This document shows positions 23,724 to 36,863 of a stretch of DNA of 64,000 bases, in pieces (the first letter of the stretch is position 1; each line of letters opens with the position of its first letter). The translations under genes and the position numbers were made by a program. The DNA comes from Macrostomum hystrix (Eukaryota > Animalia > Platyhelminthes): the NCBI GenBank assembly GCA_950097015.1, contig CATNEN010000038.1:13454001-13518000 (forward strand), read 5' to 3'. The notes under the pieces are model-generated. The model was not told the DNA's origin. It was given only the letters and a program-made list of their open reading frames with translations, and made no database searches.

Positions 23724-26700
23724 ATGTTGTCAGCGAGATCGTCCAGCTTGCTCTTTGCAACGGCACTGTTATCAGCTGTCGTGTGTCAGTCGATAACGAG
23801 GCCGGATGTCTCTGAAGACGCCAATCAATACGTCGTTTTTCAACCGGGCTACAACAGAACACACGAGTGCTGCTGTTCGAACTTGAAAAATGCGCCAAAG
23901 TTTGACTACATTTGCGTCGTAAGAAGCAGGAACGGTGGAATAGGTGATTGTCGAGACGGTGAGGTTGCGTGCTCTCAGCTGCCCTTCCTAATCGTGTACG
24001 GACTGTTCTTGAACTGCTCAAACTGTACCGCGTGCGTTCAGGTCAATCTGCACGAGCTTACAAAAGTTCACGTAGACACCGGGCGCCCAGAGACAAGGGT
24101 CATCTATCCACCGCAGATCGTGCATCTTGAAAATTGTCATGTCGACAGCTTCCAAGTAGGTTTTATCCAGCTGCAAACGGAGAAAGTCAGCATCGACACT
24201 AGCATGGAGGTGGCACCATTTGGCAGTCCAGATATGCCAGGGGTTGGTGGCTATTTGACAGTGAATGTTACTTTTCCGGATCAATTCAACGAGTCCGATT
24301 GTCGGCTTCTAGAACTCAACATGGAATCCACAGACAACATTTGGTACTTGCCAGCATACGTAATGCACAAATGTACAAGACTAAATAGCGTCCGAATTTC
24401 CAATTCACCTATCGAGTGGGTATCCATTCGCGACATTCTCGCCTTGCGAAATGTTTTCTTGCTCAAACTCAGCAACTGTCGACTGAAGTCTTTCGCCAAC
24501 GACGCTCTAGCAATGGCGATCGATCTTCTGGACACCTACATTGAAAGCGAAATCACGTCCGGCTGCATCAGCAACACAGAAGCGGCAATCAAGGCGCTGA
24601 TCAAGACGCGTAGTGAGACAGGCAGGCTGAGCTCGCCGATATTTCTGTACGATTTCATGGACACAGTCGGCATTAACTTCTCTCTGCTGTTTGGTCACCG
24701 ATCAAAAGTGGTCAGCAATAAAAGTATTTGCGATATGCCCCACAAGATGGCCTTGACAGATTTAGACTTGTCCTACAACGACTTGACTAGCATACCATTC
24801 TCGATAAGTCTGTTTGACCAACTTAACAATGTCAATCTTAGCCACAATAGAATCAACAGTTTGTATCATGGTTGGATCTGCTGGTATCCGCCAATTCCAG
24901 AGGACAAAAGAAAAAGTTCTAACAGGCACTGCTACTGGTTTAGGGCAGCTCGGGCCAGTCTGAAAGTGCTCGACCTGTCCTATAATCGTATTGATCAGAT
25001 CGGCGAGATTGAGCCTTGGCACCAGGTGAGTTTTATATCGAAGTTACGTTCGAATATTTATCGAAAAATAGCTCGTAAATAATACTCTAATTGTATGCTT
25101 ATAATTTCATCGACAAAATGTTTTTCCAGGTGGCGCTTTCCGATCTACGTCTGCAGGGAAATCGAATAATATCAATTAACCCTGAGGGGTTCAGCCATTC
25201 CTATTTAGCCAGCAGTTTGCTTTTTCTAAATCTTGACAACAACGAGTTCCCTTACTTTCTTCTTGCTAAGTTAACTAGAATCGAGGTACTGAGCATCAAA
25301 AGTTGCAAAGTCTCAAACATCGAACCAGGCTCGTTACCAAGATCATCATATCTTAGGAAAATTTACCTTGATAATAATCAGATTTCCGCCATAGCTGCAA
25401 ACGTCTTTGCAGACCTGACTTCACTGGAATTCGTGGGATTACGAAATAACAGCATGTTGCACTTTTTCGCTGATAGTTTTTTGATGCCTTGTCGGTCGAC
25501 TTTAGGTTCAAGGGTAATACTGGACATAGCCGACCAGGCGCGAACGCCGATTTGTGACTGCAATCACGTCTACAAAAAAATTTTGAAGGAGGAGGAGTTC
25601 AGCAATCCAAGAGGCGACTATCGGTATCCCAGAATCGCGGACTTGGGCAAGAACTCATCTTGCCAATTCTTCAGCCGGCTAAATCAATCCATAGTGACGA
25701 AGCCTTTGATTGAGTCAACTCAAAAGGAGTTTCTTTGTGAATTCGAGGACACTCAGAAGCACAAACTGCCAGTAAGATACTGCAATCCGAATGAGACAGA
25801 AAATGGAGTCGATGCGTGCTATGTCCGTTGCATCGTCGGCTGTAAGTGCTATCATGACGATATCTGGGACATTTCAGATTTGGATTGTACCTCTAGTAAC
25901 TCGACAATTAAGGACCTTGTCAAGATGAGATTCGAGTTTCCAATCAAGTATTTGTACCTGTCTGGTCTGAAAGATTCGGAATTTTTTCGTCACGTGTCCA
26001 ACGGTTCATTGAAATGGAATAATGAATCTAACGCCGCGGAACTGCTAGTTCTTGAGCTCAGCAACAGCAATGTAAAGTACGTGGAGAAAGGCGCATTCAA
26101 CAAATTCCCTAAACTAGTTGTAATATTTCTGCATGACAACAATATTTCTAGGATTGATATTGGCCCTTTTAGTGACAGGTGTCGATTGAAGGATAGACAG
26201 TTAAGAACGAATGTCACACAGCCGGCTACAATGCAAGATAGTGGCTACTTACGACAAATTACATTGCACAATAATAGCCTGGAATACATTGACCCGAGAA
26301 TCATTAATGGAACATGTCCACACAGTCTAACTGATATAAGCTTAAGTGGAAACAAATGGCACTGTTCTTGTCAAGAATCGTGGTTAGAATTGCACCAAGC
26401 GCTTATCAACACATCAAGAACTACACAAATTGTATCAGACTTTCATCAAATGAGGTGCACAATTGATCAGGTAATTGTTGACACTTGCGCTCAGAATAAA
26501 GCTAATCCGATATGGAAAGAAAACTGTAAGAACATTTCGATTGCGATCAAAAGCCAGGCAAAGTGGAATTCAGCTATGTATCCAGTAAACGATGAGGGCA
26601 GACTGATCGCAGTATGTAAAATGATCGCTGACACGGCAGCCGAACAGCTGAGGCTTATCTTAGGGCTAACCGTGGCCTTTTCATTCGGTCTCGTGCTGTT

Positions 26701-28247
26701 AAGCCTGTTAGTTCTCGCCATCAGACGTCGGCACCGTCTGCTCGCCGTGGTCCGAGTCCTCGTCCTGCTCAAGTACCAGCGAGACAGTCGAGTCAAACAG
26801 CAGGTGTCACGTGACTCAATGCCGTACGATGCGATGCTGTGGGCATCAGACAGAGATCAGGACAGTCTGGTTGACGTTCTGAATTGCGTGCGTCATGCAT
26901 CCGGAGGTGAACAACTCGAGCTGTGTGTTCCAGAGAGCTTCTTGTACTCAGACCTGTGCTCGTGTCCTCTCACCTACTTCGATTGTCCAGCTGAAGGAGC
27001 GAAGTTCAGCGGCAAAGTAGTGGTGGCTCTATCTGAGAGATTCCTCGACACTGAGTATCTGGCGCTGTTGCAGGTGATTCGAGAGCTCAACAGCGTTGGT
27101 CGGTGTCCGTTCAAAGACATTGTGTTTCTAAGACTGAGCTCGCACAGGGTGCCGCTGCAGAGACAAAGACAGCTCGGACCGGAGGACGTAGAAGCATTCG
27201 CGACTCTGCGAAGGATCCTCGCTGGAAGCGAAATTGTGTACAAGTCGGTGGACTGGGAGTACCGGCTCATCAAGCGAATTCGAAACCGCTCCGTAGCGAC
27301 TTCTGTCATACCATCTCAAGAGTTTCCGTCAGTCTCTGGCCTTGAGACTCGAGCTGCTGAGATTCCTGGACTGCTTGCTGATCCGACTGCAGAAGATCAG
27401 CCGCTGATTGTCGACGTCCAGCCACCTGACGTGCCAAAGAGTAAGAAAACCTTTTTGAAATTATTAATATTATTTTTTTGTGCTCATAACTATATCAGAG
27501 ACACGTCTTCGTTTCTCTTGTCGATAAACTTTGCAACTTTCTCGCTTTGTAAACAACTTTCTCAATCCCTTTTTAATCAGCCGACTCAAACTTGCACTTT
27601 AGATATGTTTCCAAAATTGGATTGGCCACCGTTCCACTCGGACAGCGTGCCCGAAGTTTTTTTCCTTGCTGCCACTGAGCCGACCTGCGAGTCTAACTCT
27701 GACCTGCTGGCTGCTACTAGGACCGCCATGAACAACATTGTGAGTCGACTCTCAGGTGTAATACTCGGCACCAACGATGAAAAAATCGTTGCCGGCTGGC
27801 CTGACGACTTCCAGGCGGCCACGCCAGCCGACCGCATCGACGCCTTTCTCATGAAGCGAACTCGACAGTTTGTGTTGCTGCTCAGCAACAGCCTGCTCAG
27901 CTGGCTCAAAGAAAGAGCAGCCCTTCAGGTAGAGTTCCAATCCTTCCTCGCTGCTAACTGTTTCCGGAGACGCGTGCTGGTCATTCTCGTCGGACAGGTG
28001 AGTCAAAAACTGAAGAAGAGCTGTGTGTAAAAAACTGAAAAATGCTCCGATTGAGGCAGCAGCACTCTTGTTTTCACCGCAGGTGGACAACCGGTCTCGA
28101 ATCCGTTACCAGGCTCTGGCCAATCAGAGACTGGATAACGAAGGGACAGCAGAGACGGCACAGAACTGGTTCGACATGGCCGCTGACGGGGACGTCGAGG
28201 CGTTTGGACGCTGGCTTGATGTCACGCTGTTCAGACGCCCGGAATAG
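23724..28247 (+). CDS. Toll-like receptor, multiple-cysteine-cluster (protostome) type, with two tandem TIR-like domains. Exons 23724-25025, 25130-27440, 27603-27997, 28083-28247 (~1390 aa)
   Basis: Signal peptide (LLFATALLSAVVC). Many LxxLxLxxN LRRs (LTDLDLSYNDL, LKVLDLSYNRI, LRKIYLDNNQI). Internal LRRCT (PICDCN) and LRRNT (CIVGCKC...LDC), then a second LRRCT (LSGNKWHCSC). TM LILGLTVAFSFGLVLLSLLVLAI-RRR. TIR1 YDAMLW...LCVPE...SGKVVVALSERFLDTEY. A second TIR/SEFIR-like unit EVFFLA...DDF...RTRQFVLLLSNSLL...VEF...RVLVILV. Three GT-AG introns keep the frame. Confidence 0.85.
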
Positions 28248-28989
28248 TCTAAAGTCACCGAGACAGAGAAGACTGTCACAAATCACATTACTCTCATTGA
28301 ATTTTACCATACACCTTACTGTACGTCCTATAAGTACTCCTTAGTGTTTTTAATCCGCAGTAGTAATATTTGTAAGTAGTGTATAAGTAGTAATTGATTT
28401 CTCCCTAATTTTGGAACGTGTCATTGGGAAGCTCCAATTTCATTAGTTTTTATAAGGCGGGTGTTACTTTATTACTATTTCATAAGTGGTATTTACTTAA
28501 TCTATACTTACTGTTTGAAAGGCTCGCTCCAAGAAAAATAAGCATTAACTCTGCTATTTTCAGTGTTATTAGTTTACATGATCTGCTTGTAACTTCTACT
28601 TCTGTACTGTCTTTGAAACCACTTTGAAGTTTAAAGCTTCGGTTTACTTAAAGTAGTATTCAGAGCAGTACATAAATAACTTGATCTAGGCTATGATTTA
28701 AAGTGTGCGCAATTTAGGTTGGCTTAGCTTGGTATTGTGATGGTAACATAAATATTGGTTTGCATCGGTCCAGAGATCTGGAACGATGACATTGGACTGT
28801 TGCTTTTTTAATTAGTGCGATGAAAAATCTAAAAAATACTGACCAAATGTAAAATGTGAAGCCGGGAAGTCCGCCTGACGCCTGCTGGACGCCGGACTTG
28901 CCGTCAAAAAACACCTGAGCGTTTAGGAGTGCTCACTAACTCAGACTTTTGTCTGAAGGCTCTGAGTGGGTGCGAAGAGCTTAACATCC

Positions 28990-29615
28990 AATCGGATGCC
29001 ATCCCAGCCACTCTGCCTCTGAGCAACAGGTGCAGAGTCCACATCGAGCTTCGCAGTGAAACCTTACGACAAGTAGAGCGAAGCTGAGATCCACTGTTTC
29101 ACTGACGGCTCCATAATGAACAATAGCTGATATGCACAGTCTCGGGATTTGGAGCCAGTTTTTACACTGGTGGCGATGTATTTTTGACTCGGTAGCAGCC
29201 CACTGTGCATAGCTAGCTACGAGCCTCGTAAGATGCAGTGCTTTTTCATAATGAGATGCTGAATCCTTCTGTTCGATAATAGCTCTCGACTGTACAGCTA
29301 GCAACAGCAAAACCGCCCAAGAATGTAACTCCCAGCTCAACGGGCTAGCGCAGTGGTGGTGTTGAAGTGGACGCCTGGCAATATGGGCTTGGTGGGAAAC
29401 GAGAGGGCGGACCAGCTCGCGATAGGGCTCCTATCCCATCATCCATCATCTCCACTAGAGTGAAACGCTGGATGGATCCAATTGCCAGCAAAATTTAACG
29501 CATAACTGTCGCCAGTCCAGTGCCACGGTCCCCTCTGCCTCGCCACCTATGAAGTGGACCCTTCTGAAGCTCAATCGCAGAGACCTCAGAGCGGTCAGTA
29601 TGGCACTTTCAGGGG
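28990..29615 (+). mobile_element. Degenerate non-LTR retrotransposon fragment (RNase H domain, I/LOA/R1-type)
   Basis: Translated remnants HCFTDGS (29092), LKWTPGNMGLVGNERADQLA (~29362-29421) and WTLLKLNRRDLRAVSMALSG (~29555). Frameshifts and stops lie between them. Confidence 0.75.
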
Positions 29616-29919
29616 AGAAACAGATAGGATGGCTTTTTCAGTGTATTTTTTGCATCTGTCGAAGTCGAAGTCTAGCTATGTCGAAGACACTCTTCCGACA
29701 AATTCAGAACTTTTAATACGTCTTTTGAGTGTCAGAGGCAGTGCTTGCAACCCATAAACTGTTTTTGCGCAAAAGGAAATTCTCTTCTTTTGTAATTCTG
29801 TTTCATGCAGCTTGCCGAAACACTGCGGAAACAATTTATGTGAGAGTAAAAATTTAACGTACTTCAGAGATACGGAGTCTATGTAATCTTGACTGTTAGG
29901 CTTCTATCTTTTCCAACAG

Positions 29920-30775
29920 GCTGTCTGATTGGCCGGAATCCTGTCTGATAGGCTGTCATCCTGTCCGATAGGCTGGCATCCTGTCTGATAAGCTGGCGTC
30001 CTGTCTGATAAGCTGACATCCTGTCTGATAAGCTGGCATCCTGTCTGATAAGCTGGCATTCTGTCTGATAGGCTGGCATCCTGTCCGATAGGCTGGCATC
30101 CTGTCCGATAGGCTGGCATCCTGTCTGATAGGCTGGCATCCTGTCCGATAGGCTGGCATCCTGTCTGATAGGCTGGCATCCTGTCTGATAAGCTGGAATC
30201 CTGTCTGATAAGCTGACATCCTGTCTGATAAGCTGGCATCCTGTCTGATAAGCTGACATCCTGTCTGATAAGCTGGCATCCTGTCTGATAGGCTGGCATC
30301 CTGTCCGATAGGCTGGCATCCTGTCTGATAGGCTGGCATCCTGTCCGATAGGCTGGCATCCTGTCTGATAGGCTGGCATCCTGTCCGATAGGCTGGCATC
30401 CTGTCTGATAGGCTGGCATCCTGTCTGATAAGCTGGAATCCTGTCTGATAAGCTGACATCATGTCTGATAAGCTGACATCCTGTCTGATAAGCTGGTATC
30501 CTGTCTGATAAGCTGGCACCCGTTTTGAGAAGCAGACATTCTGTCCGATAGGCTGAAATCCTGTCTGATGACTGGCATCCTGTCTGATAGGCTGAAATCC
30601 CGTCTGATAGGCTGGCATCTGGTTTGAGAAGATGGCATCCTGTCTGATAGGCTGGCATCCTGTCTGATAGGCTGGCATTCTGTCCAACATGCTTGCATTC
30701 TGTCCAACAAGGCTGGCATTCTGTCCAACAAGGCTGGCATTCTGTCCAACAAGGCTGGCATTCTGTCCAACAGGC
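29920..30775. repeat. 20-bp minisatellite (CTGTCTGATA(G/A)GCTGGCATC) grading into a 21-bp variant
   Basis: About 40 tandem units. It explains the repetitive ORFs at 29879-30785. Confidence 0.97.
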
Positions 30776-31584
30776 ATACTGTCACAATATCATTTGTATC
30801 GGGTTGCGAAAAGGCTGGCAGGTTGTGTTACTAGTTGTTTTTCCATTTGTATTAGCTTTTTTATTCCGTTGAAGTAACCAGTCCCTGTTGGCTTTGTGTG
30901 TTTCTCCTCTACTGGAATCGTGTTGACAATGCAAACAGGACAGAAAATAAGCGCATAAATAATTCGAAGATGGCTTCAGAAGGCACCCAATTTCCGTCGA
31001 GCAAAGACATTTACAACGGCCATCCCGTTTGCGTACTGCTGCCAAGGATGCCTTAATGTACCCTCTTATATAAACATGTTTCAGCAGAGTTACAAGGCAA
31101 TTGTATTTACGTATATCGCTCGAAAGAATCTACCTTACTATTTCAATGTGTGTTGCTATAAATTATTAAATGTACTTAAATAAGAAAGTACACATCTTGT
31201 TGCATCAAATTCTGCTGCTATTCAGGTGAGTCATCGAAAAATTTGATTTGATCAGAAGAGACAAAGGAAACTTGTGCGCAAAAGCTAGAATTGTTTTTTT
31301 AACAAACCAGTTTTATAAGCGCCCTTTTTTATCTGATGTACAGTAATAACTTAATGTATGAGGAAGACAGAAAGCGTTCAAATTAATTTACAATATTTTT
31401 TGGATACATGAGGGTGCTTAAGAGTAACATGCGATGTAATATAGAGGTCGCTTGCGTACTTAAGTGGGCAGCGAAATAGGAGAAATTACTCGCTATGTAT
31501 CGAAGATTGCTAAATTATAGGTCTGCAATTTATATTATTATTACTATTATTACCGTAGCCATTTTTACTTTTCCTAGGATCAAT

Positions 31585-32433
31585 TGGCCGTATGAATAAA
31601 ATGAGCAGTAACTTACGAGTTTCACTCCAAACTCTCAGACTGAGCAACAGCTCGAACTTGAGCAACAGCTCTGAGCTGAAGCAGTTGCTCCATTTTCATA
31701 TGAATAAAGAAATTTCTCAAATGCTGAGCATTTGCTCTTCATTCCGAGTAACAGCTCAGCACCTCTTGGCCATAGACGATCGAATTGATAGCTGTCCATT
31801 GAATCTTTTATGTGGTCATATATATTGCCCTCTCTTTCATCCCAAGTGTCCGTCTTAAACGTTAAGTTTGAAAGTTTCAAATCAACAGAAATGAGCCCGA
31901 CAGTAAACTGATGACGACGAAATCTTCGTTCGCGCTGTCATACAACATCCCTGTCTGCTAGATAAAGGAAAGACCCCGAGCCATGTTGCGAAAAAGAAAC
32001 TCAACGCTTTCACGAGAGAAACGAAAGAGCCGCTTATACTCTTCGTCACGATACACTTCCATACTGTGACGCTCCATATACCGTTTTCGCTCGGCCGGCC
32101 CTCTTTCCAGAATGAATTCAGCCATTTGGAATAGAATATAACAGTAGCAACGTTCAGCTTTGGGCAGTGGGTAGATGCTGCTCAACCAGTGAGTCCGCTA
32201 CAGAGGAGACTCAACTTTTGCAGAGCAAGATCCCTTAAAATTTAGTCTATGGTCAATGTTTATTCATACTAGATCTGAGTATTGACTCAACTATCGAGAT
32301 TTTTTCTCGAGTTTGAGGGACAAACTGGCTGAGAATGACGTGTGAGCATTTGCTCATGAGTAACAGCACATTTTATCATAATGACCCGAGAGGAATAAAG
32401 TTTGAGAAAAAGCTCATTTTATTCATACGGCCC
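31585..32433 (-). mobile_element. Internally deleted PIF/Harbinger DNA transposon
   Basis: 21-bp TIR GGCCGTATGAATAAAATGAGC (31586-31606) / GCTCATTTTATTCATACGGCC (32412-32432). 3-bp flanking repeat AAT. The internal minus-strand ORF remnant YRDEEYKRLFRFSRESVEFL is typical of Harbinger transposase N-termini. Confidence 0.8.
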
Positions 32434-33687
32434 AATATAATCTCTATTCAATTAGTCGAACTTTTTCAATAGCTGCGCTGCGAAAAGTTTTCCAAATCAC
32501 AAAACTTCTTTCAAGGGTATTGAGAGTTCAATTTACAATACAATCATAAAGCCAAGCTTCATCAACGACTTATGCATAAGTCGTGCATAACTCTGTGCCC
32601 TTAAATGATTAAGATCTATGAATACAGTCAGTGATAATTTCGCATTCTATGCAGGCAACGCAGATAAATGATAAAGCCAACACGCCCCTTTGTTTACACA
32701 GCTTAGAGTCGTGCCAAGCTGAATGGTCTTAGTTAGAGCTCCTCTTGAAGATGGCCTGGATCATTTCAGCACGCAGATTTTTGTCTTATATTTCGAATTA
32801 CGTAGGTATATAGGAAACAGTAGGTATTAGGTATTAGGTAGCTGTTTATGTAGAAAAACACCGTTTACTCGCATTCTAAACAAGTTGCAGCTTCTGAACA
32901 TAAAGAATATGAACAATATTCGACAGGCATATTTGATTTTGAAGCATCAATGTGTGAAATTTGTTCCTGAAAGGTTGATTTCTATACTTGGTCGCAACTT
33001 TAGGCACTCACATGCGATTACTTTATATGCTGGGCTAGAAAAGTTGACTTTTCAATTGAGCTGCCTATCTCTCGTTAGTCAGTATGCTCTATCCAACGGC
33101 CCACTTCGTATTATTATCAAAGCCAAGTGCTATTAGGCACTGTGCGCTTTATATAGTCGCAACATAATGCGCGGCACACACTGCTGTGTGTTTTTCGGAT
33201 TGGATCAATGCTTCGCATTTAAATACTATCTTAAACCGCACGCACCGACGACCCTATCAAAGGCGCAAATACAATCGTATGCGTACGCTTGTAAATGCTC
33301 GCATTGTCCAAGCTTGGAAAGGGGGAGAGAAAAGTATGAAATAAATCTGACTGACTATTGGAGCGGTCTGGCGTTGTGTGTTTCTGTGGGGCTGGGCAGT
33401 ACGTGCGATGGTTAAGAATGCCAAATATGCTTAGCAAAGCCTTCGCTTATGGCTGTGTGTGCGATACTCAAGTACTCAGTCATTTACTCAAGTTAGAGAA
33501 GAGTTTGTGCAGTTATTTTTCGACTTACCCTCCCACAAGAGCCCAGCTTTTAAATAGTCTTCGTGAGTCTATAACTAATCATATTATTATTGAGCTTTTT
33601 TCTGGACGGTCTGGTGCAGTAAAAACAACTGTTTGTTATTCTTCTTTCCTTTGACAGACAGCTTTGGAGTGGAAAGAGTAAGCCCTG

Positions 33688-36600
33688 ATGTTCAAATCAT
33701 TTCGTCAGCGCCTATCCCACTCGGGTGGCTCACGACCAAGTGTCATCGACGATGCGATAGGGAGAAGTCGCGATAACTCAGTTGAACTGGGCGACGGCGC
33801 GGAGTCAAGCCTGGGTGGCGGTCTGGATAGCATCGAAGGAGATAGCGACGACCCATTTGACGCTAGCCTCGATCGTCGGGCTAGAAATAACTGGAGATCC
33901 TCGAGTGTTGAACGACAAAAAGTCAGGCGCTTGCATAGTGCTTCATCGGCTGTGACGGTTGACCGAATCGATCCCGCGGCTGTGATTAGTGTGACTGGAT
34001 CTGTACAACCTCTTGGTCTTAAGCAAAGAGCCAAAAATTTTCTTTTTCGCCGACGGTCATTTAGCTCTCTCGACACTCATAAAATTGACGGTCGACCAGC
34101 TCGCATTGACCCCAAGTTGGTGAGCAGCTATGCATCAAAGCGGCATCGCAGCGACGATTGTGTTCTTGACGCAGGAGATCGCGAAGCAGAAAACGTCGGC
34201 GACATCCGTGGCGGCAGTACTTGTGAAGGAAGAAATGAAAAAAAGAAGAGCAAGTTTAGCCGTTCGTTGACTATATTCACGTCCATGCGACATCGATCAC
34301 GATCGCGCGATGCCGGACCCAGGAGAGGAGGTGCCTCAACAGGTGGCGACTCTTCCGACGGTGGTTGGACGGATGCCGGCGCTGGAATTGGACTGGACGA
34401 AAGTAGTGGGGCTGGTGGTGGGCAGGGTCACGTTTCAACTCTGAACAGACGTGGGCACAGAAACAGCGAACAGTACATGGCGCCGCCACCTATACAGCAG
34501 AGGCAGTCAAGACAACAGGCCAATCAAATGTACCACTCTCCATACCTGCAGCATCAGCAGCAGCGTCAGTTAAGTAGTTCAGATGTTCTGGCAACGAATC
34601 TTGATGAGCTAAGTGGCTTGTGTTTAGAGCGAACTCAACTGAGGACTCGCATTGATGAACTGTTGTCCAACTGGCCAGCCGTGCCTCTAGAGGCAACCTC
34701 TGCGTGGCTTGTCGGAAGTTGCGGCGGAAAAGCCAAGAACAAGCGGCTCTCAATGGCGTTTAAAAAAGCTTCATTCTTCCCCGCGTCTCCGTCGCTGTCA
34801 AATGGCTCACCAGCGTCTTCTGGACGGTCGACTTCTGGCGCTAACGCAAACGCTGGAAGCAATCTCACTAGTGTCAGTCATTTTTCTGGTAGTACAGCGG
34901 AGCAGCTCAACCTCTTATGCAGACAGTTTAACCAAGCAGTCACATTGCGGAAAAGCTACCGCGGCAAGGACAGTCTTTCGACGAGAATCCAGCGCCGATC
35001 GAGTGGTGAGAAAAAAATGTTTAATCCTTTTTAACCTTTCAATCAATGTGGGCACGAAAATTTTCATAACTAATTGCAAAGCCAAAAATTAGATAGTACG
35101 AGTACTTTCTATGCTTAAAAGCTTTTAAGCGGTGTTGTCCATTAATTAGTATATGGGTTAATTTCAAAATTATCAATAAAACATGAGATTTGACGTAAAC
35201 TATTCACATCAAAGGCCACTGGAGCGGCTCCTCAGGTTCAAGCAGCAGAACAACAGAGTCGAAATCCTTTACAAAGCAAGTGTCCAACTCTACCACGGCT
35301 TCCAAGGATTCAGCACTGGAAATGAAGTAAGTTGGCAGGAAACTGTATAGGCAGATTCCAATAAGGCAGTACCAATCTGCCTATAATATAAGGCAGTATA
35401 AGGCAGTACGAGCTTTATTAGCTACAAAATTCCTTTTTAAAAATGTCAGGTTCGAAGATTTGCAACAGAGCAAGCAAAGGCGTCAGAGTGCAGCGCAGGT
35501 TTCATCGTCATCCAGTGAATCCTATGCACCTCAGCACCAGCACGAGCACCAGCAACAAAAACAACAAAAACAAAAACAACAACAACAACAGCAACAACAA
35601 CAACAGCAGCAGCAGCAACAGCAGCAACAACTCCAATTGCAACAGCAACAGCAACAGCATCAGCACCGGTATCAGCACCAGCATCAGCACCAATATCAGC
35701 AGCATCAGGCCCAGTATCAAGAACGACAATCCAAACACCATCTAGAGAGTCAACCGCATTATCAGTCGAAATCACCACAGTCTCAGACAGCTTTTAGATT
35801 TCCTTCACCTGAGCTGTCAACTCAGTCGTCTACAACAAGCTTTCAGAATGGTCAGCAACAAACAAATCATTCTCTTCAACACTACCCGAATGGGCGAATA
35901 ACATGTCACAGTTATGAGAACATTCAACCTATTTTCGCTATGGTTGTTCAGACACCCGGTTCAGAAGAAGATATTGATGCACCGATGCCACCCCGACGAT
36001 CAACTAGCCTGCGCCAGAGCACGGAATTCATCGCTACTCTGCCAGTGCCGAGTGCCTCTTCCGAAACAGCTCAAGTTTCCCCAACCTATCTGAATCACAT
36101 GGTGCTCAGTGGAATACCAACTGCATTGCCATTTACAGCGTCGCCTCAATCTGTGACACCTGCGACGACGTCCGCATCCACCGTGAAGAGGCTCGACCAA
36201 ATCTCTGAGTCCCCAGACGACGAAGCGGAAGCCGCTGCAGCCTCTGTTTCGCCACCGCAATCTCCTCCATTGCCTTTGTCATCGATTCCCCCTAAACTTC
36301 CAGCGCGAGAGGCACTGCGACTGCCCTACCGTCGACCAGCGAGGCCATCGTCAATGTCTGGCGATGGCCAGAATACCCATCAACTTCAGCAGCAGATGTC
36401 AGTACCGGAGAATACCAGCACAGGCTATCAGCAGTGGCGTGGCGCCCTGCCCTACTCAACCCAGTCTTCGTCTTCGTCATCGTCTGTCAACGCGTCGGCG
36501 TCAGTGTCGGCGATATCAACTATCGCTACGACGATGGCGCCACCTCAACAGCGGCAGCCGCTGCTGCCAACTGGGGACAGCGCGCGAATCGTGCGAGAAG

Positions 36601-36863
36601 CTCGAGCCAAATTAAGTCAATTGAATCGGCTCAGCGCAGAGCTGGCCAAGAGACAGCAGCTGCCAGCTCCGCCTCCAGTCGTATGTCCGTTTGATGCTCT
36701 GTCGATGAGCCAGGTGACATCTGCGCGACCGCTGACCTCAGGCCCAGCATCAGTCGAAGAGGCTGCAGTGGCGAGATATCGCAATAGTCTTTTATTGCAG
36801 GACGAACTGGCCGTGCGCGAGTATCTCAAAGATCTGACGAGCGTTTGCTCCACAGATTACTGA
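33688..36863 (+). CDS. Uncharacterized low-complexity (S/G/Q/H/P-rich) protein, ~947 aa. Exons 33688-35005, 35215-35326, 35450-36863
   Basis: Two long ORFs are joined in frame through a 112-nt middle exon (GHWSGSSG...SALEMK) with GTGAG/AAAG and GTAAG/TCAG splice sites of matching phase (1 and 2). Coding-like GC content. No recognisable domain. Confidence 0.75.
35530..35710 (+). repeat. CAA/CAG/CAY trinucleotide tract encoding polyQ and QH repeats
   Basis: Seen directly within exon 3 of the orphan gene. Confidence 0.9.

Noticed and set aside
29879-30785. Long repetitive ORFs (MPAYQTGCQ...)
   Set aside because: Artefacts of a 20-bp minisatellite that is open in several frames.
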